A stretch of 32,000 nucleotides of DNA from Trichodesmium erythraeum IMS101 (GCF_000014265.1 NC_008312.1:1860001-1892000); one strand, 5' to 3'; positions 1 to 8,705 are shown, numbered from the stretch's first letter. Notes: a model not told the origin generated them from the letters alone. A program made the numbers and translations.

Positions 1-116
1 TCTGCAAAATATTGAGCGATCGCCAAACTCTCAGTTTTGAATAAACCTACATCATCTGACTGCGGGCAAATGTGTGTAATTCCAGTTTGAGCTTGAAGTT
101 CCTCCGTCAAATCTTG
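1..116 (-). other. In-frame continuation of the 117..2237 reading frame past its TAG. The gene probably extends beyond the window, either nonsense-interrupted or read through.
   Basis: The reverse complement of 1-119 reads TAG then QDLTEELQAQTGITHICPQSDDVGLFKTESLAIAQYFA: 38 sense codons with no stop up to position 1. TESLAIAQYF resembles the Hsp70/actin-fold motif NEPTAAALAY, which is expected at about this distance after the phosphate-1 motif. Confidence 0.6.
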
Positions 117-2237
117 CTAAGTCTTCGCATACCTATTTTTATCACGACGAGAAAAAGCCGTAGGATAGGAAATACACCACTGAATTTGTTTGACTCCTTC
201 CTTGGCGGCAACCGCGCTTACATGTAAGGCTAAATGTTTCAAAAACAATTTGTTAGGATGGTAATTTTTCCACTTCAAGTCTGTTTCTATCCATCCCCTG
301 AGCGGTTCAAACCTGTTGCGATCAGGAATATATATCCTGCCATCAATAATTGGGAAATCTAGGTTTTCCGTCTTATTTGGCTTCCCCCTAGTTGTCAGCA
401 CGCTAGACAAGGGTAACGGTTTGTCAGTCGGGATAAAGCTTTCCGGGACAAAGTATTCAAACAATACAGGCCTGCGGGTTTCTGTCAAAACCTCCGTCAC
501 CTTCAAGTGCAAATTTTCCAACTTCAATGGCTCCGATAAACCGTTACTATTGACATAGATATTGGTGAAAGAAGTGCCGAAATCTACCCCCACTTTCCAT
601 CGTTCTCCCAGCCTAATTTTCTCTGGACTTTTCAGCAGAATCAAGCCAATGGGACTTCCAGAACTATCCTGACACTCAATGAAACTAGGAAATTCTTCTA
701 GGTGAGTTATTTGATAAGCACCCCTACCATCTATAAAAGGATGACGATCTTTCGCTTCCGGTAGAAACACTTGAAAAGTATCCTCTCCAAATTCAGCATC
801 GTAATAAAAAGCATAATAAGAGCGCCATCCATCCGCCAGGAAATTAGGCCATACTTCCAATACCGGAACTTCCGGCAAAGCATTTTTATCTTCTATGGGA
901 TAATCTTTGGAAATCCGATAATTCTGAGGTTGCCGAGGGTCATCTTTCATCCCTGACAAAGGCAAGTCCAGGGTTACCCGCACTTGAGGTCCATCACTAC
1001 TATTTATTTGAGCAAACTCGACCTTAGCGATTAAATCTTCCGGAGTAAAATAGTCGAGAAGTATAGGATTGATAGGTATCAGGGGCGTAATACTTTTACC
1101 CTGAAAAATTAACTTCGTCCCCGGAGGTAGGAAAGCTCCCGGTAGAGCATCTTCTTGGTCTACAAACCGAAATTCTTCCATAAATAAATCCTTGGACTCC
1201 TTCCACTCAACATCTGGCCAAGTAATTTTCTTTTCACGCAAGTCTTGTATTTGTAGGGAAGCCAGAGTTTGCTCCTCGTGTATCCAAATATCTTGAGGCG
1301 GTTTTCCCCAAGCTGAAGAAATGTTCTGGTCAATAATCAATAGAGGTTTTACCTGCCCCTTATTCTTACTAGGAACTAAGCGAACCCAAGAAGACTGAGC
1401 CTCAGCTTTCACCGGACGATTAATACCTTCCAACACCCCTCGATTAATGGCCACACCAAAAAACTGAGGATTATTGCTCAAACTCAGGCCCTGGTCCATT
1501 GGGCGAGGCCCCAAACTATTTTGGAAGTCATCTAGCAATCCGCCGATCGCATCAATTGCCTCTGCTTGGCCCTCATAGGAAGTATCGCCTAAAATTCCCC
1601 GCAAATTTTCTAACCAGCGCCAGAGGAGAGCCTTCTCGCTGACATTGAGATGTGGTTGAGGAGACTCCAACTGACCCGTCAGTTTGTTCCACCAAGGCAA
1701 GCCATTCCATTTTCCTTCTTCAGAGGGGGCCACTATAGTACTAGGAGTAGTAAGACCCACAAGTATACCATACCACAGAAATATATAAATGTCTTGCCAG
1801 GGATTTTTGGTTTCTAAGGCATACAGGGCATTAACTGGATCCGGTAGCAGTTCGTATAGAGAACGGGCGAAAGGATTTTGGTCTTTTTCTAGCCCCAAGT
1901 CTAAAAATTGAGCAGTTATGGGAAAGCGGCGTACTTCTGCCAAAGCAACCGCCGCCAACATCCCCTGCCACTGTTGGACCATTTTATCTCGGATGGGATA
2001 ATAGGGATTATGTAAAGCCATCTCCATGGATAAGGGACGAGCCCACATAGTCGGTACAGAGCTAACACTTTTCATTTCTCCTGGAGCTTGATAATCCAGA
2101 CTAGAGGCCACATCTTGAAAGGCTTTTGCTGGTTGTGCCTCCCATTTACCAGGAGTATCGCTGGATTTCACATCACTATCCCGCTTTAACTTGGGCAGGA
2201 CTAAAACGTAACTTTTGTTGACTTGTGTTCCTGTCAT
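117..2237 (-). CDS. Large uncharacterised protein. About 540 aa of unknown function are followed by the start of an actin/Hsp70-fold ATPase domain. The ORF stops at an in-frame TAG (117-119), but the frame stays open to the window edge.
   Basis: 706-codon ORF. A phosphate-1-type motif KVGVDFGTSFTNIYV lies near aa 550, followed by WCISYPTAFSRRDK (compare Hsp70 VITVPAYFND). I recognised no family motif in the N-terminal ~540 aa. The gene is co-directional with the tubulin-like gene and 238 bp downstream of it. Confidence 0.7.
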   Translation of the reverse strand: MTGTQVNKSYVLVLPKLKRDSDVKSSDTPGKWEAQPAKAFQDVASSLDYQAPGEMKSVSSVPTMWARPLSMEMALHNPYYPIRDKMVQQWQGMLAAVALAEVRRFPITAQFLDLGLEKDQNPFARSLYELLPDPVNALYALETKNPWQDIYIFLWYGILVGLTTPSTIVAPSEEGKWNGLPWWNKLTGQLESPQPHLNVSEKALLWRWLENLRGILGDTSYEGQAEAIDAIGGLLDDFQNSLGPRPMDQGLSLSNNPQFFGVAINRGVLEGINRPVKAEAQSSWVRLVPSKNKGQVKPLLIIDQNISSAWGKPPQDIWIHEEQTLASLQIQDLREKKITWPDVEWKESKDLFMEEFRFVDQEDALPGAFLPPGTKLIFQGKSITPLIPINPILLDYFTPEDLIAKVEFAQINSSDGPQVRVTLDLPLSGMKDDPRQPQNYRISKDYPIEDKNALPEVPVLEVWPNFLADGWRSYYAFYYDAEFGEDTFQVFLPEAKDRHPFIDGRGAYQITHLEEFPSFIECQDSSGSPIGLILLKSPEKIRLGERWKVGVDFGTSFTNIYVNSNGLSEPLKLENLHLKVTEVLTETRRPVLFEYFVPESFIPTDKPLPLSSVLTTRGKPNKTENLDFPIIDGRIYIPDRNRFEPLRGWIETDLKWKNYHPNKLFLKHLALHVSAVAAKEGVKQIQWCISYPTAFSRRDKNRYAKT

Positions 2238-2260
2238 ATCAGTTATCAGTTATCAGTATC
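2238..2260. repeat. STRR-like heptamer array (ATCAGTT x2 + ATCAGTA) abutting the start codon of the large gene
   Basis: The plus strand reads atcagtt atcagtt atcagta tc directly after the CAT (ATG on the minus strand) at 2235-2237. The same heptamer family occurs at 19300-19327 and 19591-19625. Confidence 0.7.
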
Positions 2261-2475
2261 GACAGCTAAAGCCAGAGGCTTGAAATACCTATGACATTTT
2301 TTTCATCCCCTTCAAAAGGGAGGCTTGAAACCTGATTTTTTTGCCATAATTGATATCCTCCCCGTCCTAAAGTCCCGGGAGAACTTATACTGTGCCTAAG
2401 CTCAAGGACTGTTTGACGTTTTATACTTAGCATGCGCTCTGGGCTCCGTAGGTAGTTGCTAACTTAAGTTTTTCC

Positions 2476-3948
2476 TTAAATCCTAGAGGCCATATATACG
2501 GACTTAGCCAGTCCTATAGTCCCACCGGGTGGAGTAGCCTTAAGTCCATCCTTGAGTTTTTTCACCGTATCTCGGGATTTTTTGCCTTTATCGCGACTAT
2601 CCCCAACTATCAGATTTGGCAGTTCATTTCCGGCCAATTTTTTGTTAGGGGGGAAAGCATCGGCTTGAAACAAAGCGATATTATCACCTTCGCACTGATG
2701 CAGAGAGTATAGCCAGCCCAAATAATCTTCACACCAATTATTAATTATTCCAATAGCTTCCTGTTGGTCAACATCAGAAAAGTCCGGTTTAGTCTCCCCA
2801 GATTTACTGCCAGTTTGGTAGAATTCCATCATCCAGGGAGCCAACCTTTGAAAGCGAGCATTTTTTTCCTTTTTCGCTTCTTCTAGTTCGGGAGCAATTT
2901 CTGCTAGCCATGTAAAAGCAAATCTGGTGGCATTCACTAACTCTGGTTGGACTTCTGCCTTGTCTGGGATATCGTCCCAGGAAATAGTCCCACTCTGCTG
3001 GCGAGTCATCAATATCACAGACCCTTTGGCTGTAGATGAATCTCGCCAAAAGTTACGCGCAGCCAATGCGGCGTATAGTTCTAGGAAATGGGGATCGTTG
3101 CGCTGACTATCTTTGCCGATACTAAAATTGACTCGGGATAAGTTTTGATTACCTAGGAGATAAACTTGGTCAAAGATTTCCTGACCTTGAGTGACGTAAT
3201 AACGAAGGGCCGCTTCCGTGTTCAGTAAAAACTGCTCGGAGCGAGCGTAGACCCCATCTGGGTTTTCCCCGGGTGTTGGAGCAAAGCCAAAATAGGGGAG
3301 TACAAAGAGGCAACCAGTTTGAACCCGATCGCGTACTTTGATTTTCTTCAACTTATTATCGATCAGGCGGGCAATAGTCGGCAGTCCAGAAGCCCCGGTC
3401 CCCCCAAATATAGACCCACACAGAAAAATTTTTGCCTCTTTACCGCCACCGGTATCTCCCTGAATTTCCTCGATCAATCTTCCCCAAGGCTCTTGCTCCA
3501 ACCTGTCCAAATCTACCTGACTCATCACCGCTGCACCAATGGCCGGTCTGCCCCTAAATCCTACATCTAAGTTAGCTTCCCGTTCTTCTTTAGTATAAAG
3601 GACATCGAATAAATGGGCCAAAGTAGGTTGTTTTTGCTTGATTGTGTTGTAGTTAAAAAATGTTCTCAGTTCTTTCTCTTGGGCAAAAGGCGACCAATGA
3701 TCGAAAGATTCGATTTTGCTTTTCATCCACCCACAATCTTTTTTGTCCCCAGTAGGGATCAAATCATAAGTTTTTTTATAGAGACTGATACTAGTCCTAG
3801 CACGAGCCAGATTTCCATTAGTTTCATCTGCATCTACAAATAAAACCTTAATGGGCTCTTCAGTAAATAAGCCTATGGCAGCTAATTTAGCTACTGCTTC
3901 AACACATTTAGCCCCCGTTCCACCAATTCCAATCAGATAAAGTCCCAT
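2476..3948 (-). CDS. Divergent FtsZ/tubulin-superfamily GTPase-like protein (Tubulin_2-type)
   Basis: 490-aa ORF. LIGIGGTGAKCVEA at aa 5-18 resembles the FtsZ/tubulin T1 loop. CGSIFGGTGASGLP at aa 177-190 resembles the T4 signature GGGTGSG. Neither is a Walker A GxxxxGK[ST]. The ATG lies 2 nt after the stop of the upstream membrane-protein frame. Confidence 0.7.
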   Translation of the reverse strand: MGLYLIGIGGTGAKCVEAVAKLAAIGLFTEEPIKVLFVDADETNGNLARARTSISLYKKTYDLIPTGDKKDCGWMKSKIESFDHWSPFAQEKELRTFFNYNTIKQKQPTLAHLFDVLYTKEEREANLDVGFRGRPAIGAAVMSQVDLDRLEQEPWGRLIEEIQGDTGGGKEAKIFLCGSIFGGTGASGLPTIARLIDNKLKKIKVRDRVQTGCLFVLPYFGFAPTPGENPDGVYARSEQFLLNTEAALRYYVTQGQEIFDQVYLLGNQNLSRVNFSIGKDSQRNDPHFLELYAALAARNFWRDSSTAKGSVILMTRQQSGTISWDDIPDKAEVQPELVNATRFAFTWLAEIAPELEEAKKEKNARFQRLAPWMMEFYQTGSKSGETKPDFSDVDQQEAIGIINNWCEDYLGWLYSLHQCEGDNIALFQADAFPPNKKLAGNELPNLIVGDSRDKGKKSRDTVKKLKDGLKATPPGGTIGLAKSVYMASRI

Positions 3949-3950
3949 AA

Positions 3951-4136
3951 TTATTCGCTAAAAAAACGACGCAAGTAAATTGAACCTGGGGGAACAAACT
4001 TTAAACTCCCAGGAGTAGTGGTTGCAGTTGGCAACCAAAAAAGTAATAAGATGTCCAACACAAAAAAGATAGTCAAAAACACAAGTGCATCATTACTACC
4101 TTGAAAAAAGCCTATGGCCCCACAAATACTCAATAC
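3951..4136 (-). pseudogene. 3' part of a small 3-TM membrane protein gene split by IS copy A
   Basis: The frame reads ...LSICGAIGFFQGSNDALVFLTIFFVLDILLLFWLPTATTTPGSLKFVPPGSIYLRRFFSE*. The ATG reported by the ORF track (4163) lies inside the IS terminal repeat and is therefore an artefact. This piece joins in frame to 5512..5743 once the IS is removed. Confidence 0.8.
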
Positions 4137-5511
4137 CGGGACTTTAGCAAATTTCAAGCCCAAACAAACCCTAAACTCTCTTTATGAGCGGTAAATACGT
4201 CGATGTTTTCATCTAACCACTCAACAAAACGATAAGATATTGCGGTACGAAATGCTTCTAAAGTATCAGTAAACGTATTTAATGGTTTGTTAGCCCAACG
4301 CCTCTTATACCTCCTGTTAACTGATGCCAGATAATAAATGTATAAGCACAAAATACTAAAATAAAATGCCTTTTAAGGCTGATTTTATCTCTGACTTGAT
4401 ATTCTCTTAATCCTAACCATCCTTTGGCTTCCCTGTAGAAAACTTCCACCCAATTTCTTTGAGAATAAGTAGAATATATCCACTCAGGAGTTACATATTT
4501 GTCTTCTCTATTAGTGATATAATAGTTAATATCAGTGGCCTCAGAAAAACTTTTAGCATTCATAACGATAGCTATAGTTTTTTGACCTGACATCCTAGAT
4601 ATTTCTACTTCTAATGTAGCTACCCAAACTTCTCTAGCATTTTTTGTACTTAGTTGAACTAAGTTGAAAGCTTTCTGAGGTATACTTTCTGCCAGCTTGT
4701 CTAATCTAATTTCCTCTTTAATGTCATCTTGTTTTTTAATGATGACTTTTCGATTTTTAGCTAATCCTCCTATATAAGTTAAACTTCTTTTCTCTAGTTG
4801 ATTTAAGAATGATGTATTGTTACCATAGCCAAATTTCAATTAACACAATTTCTGGTTGGTGTCCTCTGGACAAACATTGATCTACTAGAGACATTGCACT
4901 CGTCTGGTTTCTTGACAAATTCTGGGTCTTTTTTTCCTTTTGGAAAAGAATCAGCTTTCTGATACAAAGCTATGTCTAAAGGTAGACTTTTAACTCCATC
5001 ATAAAGATGAGTTGTCACCACGACTACACCATTATCTGTTTTTCCTATTTCTCCTATATATTGCCGCCCTACTCCTGCAGTAAAATTACCACTTTTTCTG
5101 TGGCCTGAATCGTCTATAATTAAAGCAATAGGATCGAGAAGGTTTTGTTTGGCGACGTTCCCACATTACTTGAAGACGACGCTCATTCACAGCATCTACA
5201 GACCAATTTGCTCGAACTAGAAAATGCCGTAATTTGTGGTACGTGTGACCTACAGTGTTGTTGGCAATTTGAGACAAGTTTTTTCGATCGCTTTCTCAAG
5301 AGTAATCCTCCTATATATTCCCTAAACCCTGTTTTTTGGGCTTTTGTTTTAAAGACATTGTTAAAGCGATCGCACCATCGATGGAAACAAGAGGGCATGG
5401 CCACTGAAGTTGTTTCTTTCATCAAACTTTTCCCAGGCCAGTAATTAACGTAAAATACATATCAGGTATACATTATACCCTTTTTTTTACTATTTTTTCA
5501 CTAAAGTCCCG
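4137..5511 (-). mobile_element. IS701-family-like insertion sequence, copy A (1375 bp), with a decayed transposase
   Basis: Perfect 11-bp terminal inverted repeats: CGGGACTTTAG (4137-4147) and CTAAAGTCCCG (5501-5511). It is flanked by the 4-bp direct repeat ATAC (4133-4136 and 5512-5515). It is identical to copy B (16817-18192) in every line I compared, except for one missing T near 4303. Confidence 0.9.
4154..5425 (-). pseudogene. IS701/IS4-superfamily DDE transposase, broken into at least 5 frames
   Basis: The pieces read FHRWCDRFNNVFKTKAQKTGFREYIGGLLL / ESDRKNLSQIANNTVGHTYHKLRHFL / IALIIDDSGHRKSGNFTAGVGRQYIGEIGKTDNGVVVVTTHLYDG / SAMSLVDQCLSRGHQPEIVLI / KFGYGNNTSFLNQLEKR...YSQRNWVEVFYREAK. 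The last piece has exact Y-2-R-3-E-6-K spacing. Copy A has an extra 1-nt deletion that splits the C-terminal ORF (4279..4839 and 4154..4351). Confidence 0.85.
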
Positions 5512-5743
5512 ATACGGGAAATAGCAAAAATATCCACCACACTACCACCCACTGGTCCACTTCTTTAGATCGGTGAGCTTTTGCGTTGGCGGTCATTAAA
5601 TACCAAATTATAGTTGACAGTACCGATACTACAAAAACTATCATCCCGCCAGGGTTGTAATAATTATTTATCCAAGTCCCTACATCAATATCTGATATTC
5701 TTAGGATTCTGCTTCTATAAAAAAAAGGTTGTACTAGGAACAT
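5512..5743 (-). pseudogene. 5' part of the small 3-TM membrane protein gene split by IS copy A
   Basis: The frame reads MFLVQPFFYRSRILRISDIDVGTWINNYYNPGGMIVFVVSVLSTIIWYLMTANAKAHRSKEVDQWVVVWWIFLLFPV and then runs into the IS end. 232 + 186 - 4 (one TSD copy) = 414 nt, which is 137 codons plus stop, in frame. Confidence 0.8.
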
Positions 5744-6483
5744 TACGATTAATCCTGTCAGGCTAAAAATAATGATCCGAATAATTTCCGATGCTTTTAT
5801 TGAATCTCCTATCAGTTTTAACTATTTATGTTGCATTCCTCCAAGTAGATTGATCCTGGAGTTTAAATTGATCTCCATATTTTTTTGGTCATCCTCAACC
5901 ACTATATTATTCTGGCTAATCACTTGACATCCTCCCGACCCGTCTCTACGGGACAGAGCTGGATTCCCTAATATCAAGTTATAGGATATTTGGTACTTCT
6001 CGCCTACCTGGCCTCTGAAATTAACTGCCTTCGAGTCTTAGGGTTACTTCACAGTTTATCGCAACTCCGACGCCGTCCCTAGACACTGGGAGTCCCCCAA
6101 GGAAAACATTTATACTTGCGTTTATGTCCCTGTCATGTTATTGAAAAGATTCTGGACATTTCTTCTCTTTAATAATCTTCAATAATAATAAAAAATAAAG
6201 TTAATTATTCTATAGAAATTATCAATTATTTTCCCCTACTTCCTACCCCGTAAAAACTTTGTATGGAACGTCTCTAACTCTATATTTTCTGGAGATGTCT
6301 AATATTCAAAGATAATTTTTCTACTACATGACTACGATGAGAAAAACCCTTATAACTAGGAATATATTGGTCAATTTTGATTAATTCCTGCCCGTACTAT
6401 TGCGCTTTATATTCTAGTTGCATTACTAATATTAAGTCTGATTAATTATTCATAATAAAAATGCTCTTCTCACATCAATTTAT

Positions 6484-6525
6484 CCCAATTTCCAACTCCC
6501 AATTCCTAATTCCCAATTCCCTAAA
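6484..6525. repeat. STRR-like heptamer array (CCCAATT consensus, about 6 units)
   Basis: The array reads cccaatt tccaact cccaatt cctaatt cccaatt ccctaaa with strict 7-nt phasing. Confidence 0.75.
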
Positions 6526-6563
6526 ATTTTCCCACCGTGAGTATTCAAACAAAAATAATATAA

Positions 6564-6599
6564 CCCATCCCTCAGCTGAGGGTGGGCTATAGTTTTTTA
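6564..6599 (-). terminator. Possible intrinsic terminator hairpin (GC-rich near-palindrome around CCCTCAGCTGAGGG)
   Basis: cccatccctc-agct-gagggtggg forms about 9 bp with one bulge. On the minus strand it is followed directly by TTATATTATTTTTG. On the plus strand the T-run is 6 nt away. It lies about 400 nt downstream of the DUF1830 stop, so the assignment is weak. Confidence 0.3.
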
Positions 6600-6981
6600 C
6601 CATATTTTATACTGTTAAATTTTCAATTACAATTAATTGATTTTATCTAGATTACTTGGGTAGTCAATTTATGGGTATAGTCAAACCTTGAATATTTCAA
6701 TTTTTGCCCGTATTATTGATACTTTTAGCTACAATTTTTGATAATTTTTGGAATCTTTAAGTCTTACTGATGAATGATTTTTAAGTTAACCTCAGTTTTT
6801 TGTGCAACTTGTTAATATTTTTTGGTTTAACAACTAATTGTCTCTCATCAGAATTTATAAAGTTATTAATCTTTGCTTTTACTAATATAAAAACAGTTAG
6901 TGATGATTCCTAAAAAATATCAACCACTAACTATTATGACATACTCTATCAAACTAATTTTGATAGATTTTAAACTATTAA

Positions 6982-7335
6982 TTATTCATCAACTTTCAAG
7001 CCTTTGCACGAAAAACTTTCTGATTTAATTTCACCATTTTCTTGAGTTTGATGAATTTCTAATTCTGCTTCAGGAGTTGCTTCAAATAAGAAACGTTCTC
7101 CAGGAAAAACTGTACGCTCCCAATATTTGTTTTCTACACTACTAACTCTAGCGATCTGCATTTTACGAGTATTATTCCCATAGAAACAGAGAATCTTTTG
7201 GCTTTGCTGTTTTGGTAGTCTATCTAGTGCTATAGTCACAATATTTAAATTCCCTCTAAGTTTTTGCTGCCAATTAGCAACCCGACTGAATCTGATATCT
7301 TTAAGAGTGCCAATACTGTTATTATAAGCTAACAA
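6982..7335 (-). CDS. DUF1830-family cyanobacterial protein
   Basis: ILCFYGNNTRKMQIARVSSVENKYWERTVFPGERFLFEATPEAELEIHQ matches the DUF1830 core as I remember it (ILCCY.N....IQIARI...N.YFERVVFPG.RLLFEA.PEA.LEIH). The start is uncertain: TTG at 7335 or the GTG about 31 codons in. There is no ATG before the core. Confidence 0.75.
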   Translation of the reverse strand: MLAYNNSIGTLKDIRFSRVANWQQKLRGNLNIVTIALDRLPKQQSQKILCFYGNNTRKMQIARVSSVENKYWERTVFPGERFLFEATPEAELEIHQTQENGEIKSESFSCKGLKVDE

Positions 7336-7439
7336 ATATTACTTAAGTATATTTTTAATTAACTTTTGTAAAACAAAATTAATTTAACTTAAGTTGTCCA
7401 GTATAAACCTAGTATTTTATAAGTATAAATGCCCATAAT

Positions 7440-8705
7440 TTAGCATTTCATACTGATAGAATTACTAATCTTACTAAATAATGTTGATAAAACAGTATTA
7501 GAAAACAAAAAACCTTCAGGATCAGTCAATCTCAGATGTCCCTCTATCGGAAGTTTCTGGTTATCAGAGAAAGGGGTTGCTACACCTTTTTGATTGATAA
7601 ACTCTACCCACCCTAACTTTTGATAGGGTTGTAGATAGATTAATAATTTTTCTACAGTTTTTTGACCAAACTGCTGGGATAATGTTAAGACATTTATCCC
7701 TTGTGCCAAGCGAAATCCTAACATCAGTGTTTCTAACAAAAAATCCTGATTTGATGCATTAATACCCTGACTTTCTAAACTATGATCTTGAAACGATAGC
7801 ACCCATTGATAATATTTTTTCCGCGTACGCGGCCTGGTAAATCTTTGTCCTTCTAAATAGCTGGCTGCACCCATGCCAAAGCCATAATAAGGATGATTTT
7901 CCCAGTAAACTCGATTGTGGCTACACTGATAGCCTTGCTTGGCATAATTAGATATCTCATAATGTTCATATCCCGAAATTGATATCAGTTGCTGTGCAAT
8001 TCGATACATTTCAGCTGCTGTTTCATCTGTAGGTAAAGGAGCATGACCTGGTTTATAGTAATGTCCAAAAGCTGTAACTTTTTCTAGTACAAGGTCATAG
8101 CTGGATATATGAGTTGGAGAAATAGCTATTCCACTTAACAAAGAAATTTGCCATTGTTCTAAAGTTTGGTGGGGCAGTCCTGAAATTAAATCAATACTGA
8201 AGTTAATAATTCCTGCTTGATGCAATGTATTTACTGCTTTGTAAATATCTGAGACATTGTGTAATCGCCCACAAACCTGTAATAAATCATCTTGAAATGC
8301 TTGTACTCCAAGGCTGACTCGATTTACTCCTAGGAATTTATATCCTTGCACTTGTTCTAAGTCAAAAGTTCCGGGGTCCATTTCTATAGAAATTTCAGCA
8401 TTGGCCACAATTCCAAATTTTTGTTCTAGGGCATCTAAAATCCGACTTAATTGACCCACTGACAATAGGGAAGGAGTACCACCACCAAAAAAAATTGTTT
8501 TTAAGGGTTGATCAAAAGACTTTGTAGTGCTTATTTCCTGACAAATTACCTCTACATATTCTTGAATTGGAGAAAAATTATCACCTTTCTTACCATCACC
8601 TACTACAGAGATTGGGAAATCACAGTAATAGCATCGCCGTCGGCAGAAAGGGATATGGACATAAGCCGAACTGGGAATACAATAATTTCCGACTGGCCTT
8701 TTCAC
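7440..8705 (-). CDS. hemW: Radical SAM family heme chaperone HemW / HemN-like protein
   Basis: HIPFCRRRCYYCDF has the CxxxCxxC cluster followed by DF rather than the fourth Cys of true HemN. FFGGGTPSLL is also present. At 421 aa the length is typical of the family. Confidence 0.85.
   Translation of the reverse strand: MKRPVGNYCIPSSAYVHIPFCRRRCYYCDFPISVVGDGKKGDNFSPIQEYVEVICQEISTTKSFDQPLKTIFFGGGTPSLLSVGQLSRILDALEQKFGIVANAEISIEMDPGTFDLEQVQGYKFLGVNRVSLGVQAFQDDLLQVCGRLHNVSDIYKAVNTLHQAGIINFSIDLISGLPHQTLEQWQISLLSGIAISPTHISSYDLVLEKVTAFGHYYKPGHAPLPTDETAAEMYRIAQQLISISGYEHYEISNYAKQGYQCSHNRVYWENHPYYGFGMGAASYLEGQRFTRPRTRKKYYQWVLSFQDHSLESQGINASNQDFLLETLMLGFRLAQGINVLTLSQQFGQKTVEKLLIYLQPYQKLGWVEFINQKGVATPFSDNQKLPIEGHLRLTDPEGFLFSNTVLSTLFSKISNSISMKC

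Noticed and set aside
316-956. Plus-strand ORFs 316..558 and 771..956
   Set aside because: They lie antisense inside the 706-codon minus-strand ORF, have low-complexity composition and no motifs. They are shadow ORFs.
2367-2381. AAAGTCCCGGGAG resembling the RNase P RNA GAGGAAAGUCCGGGC motif
   Set aside because: No other conserved RNase P elements are nearby. The 11-nt core is identical to the IS701-like terminal repeat, which explains it better.
2804-3843. ORFs 2804..3049 (-), 3319..3570 (+) and 3613..3843 (+)
   Set aside because: They are out-of-frame or antisense overlaps within the tubulin-like gene, with no independent support.
2476-3948. Reading GIGGTGAKC as a P-loop NTPase Walker A
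   Set aside because: It does not fit GxxxxGK[ST] because K is followed by C and the spacing is off. A second glycine-rich FGGTGASG loop at about aa 181 matches the two-loop tubulin/FtsZ pattern instead.
5145-5444. 99-aa plus-strand ORF in IS copy A (and its twin at 17826..18125)
   Set aside because: It is antisense to the N-terminal transposase fragments, whose homology is clear, and the translation has no recognisable features.
6484-6525. Heptamer arrays and the 32-bp tandem repeat (20271-20334) as CRISPR arrays
   Set aside because: There are no unique spacers between the units. The units are 7 nt, or only two abutting 32-mers, and there are no cas genes.
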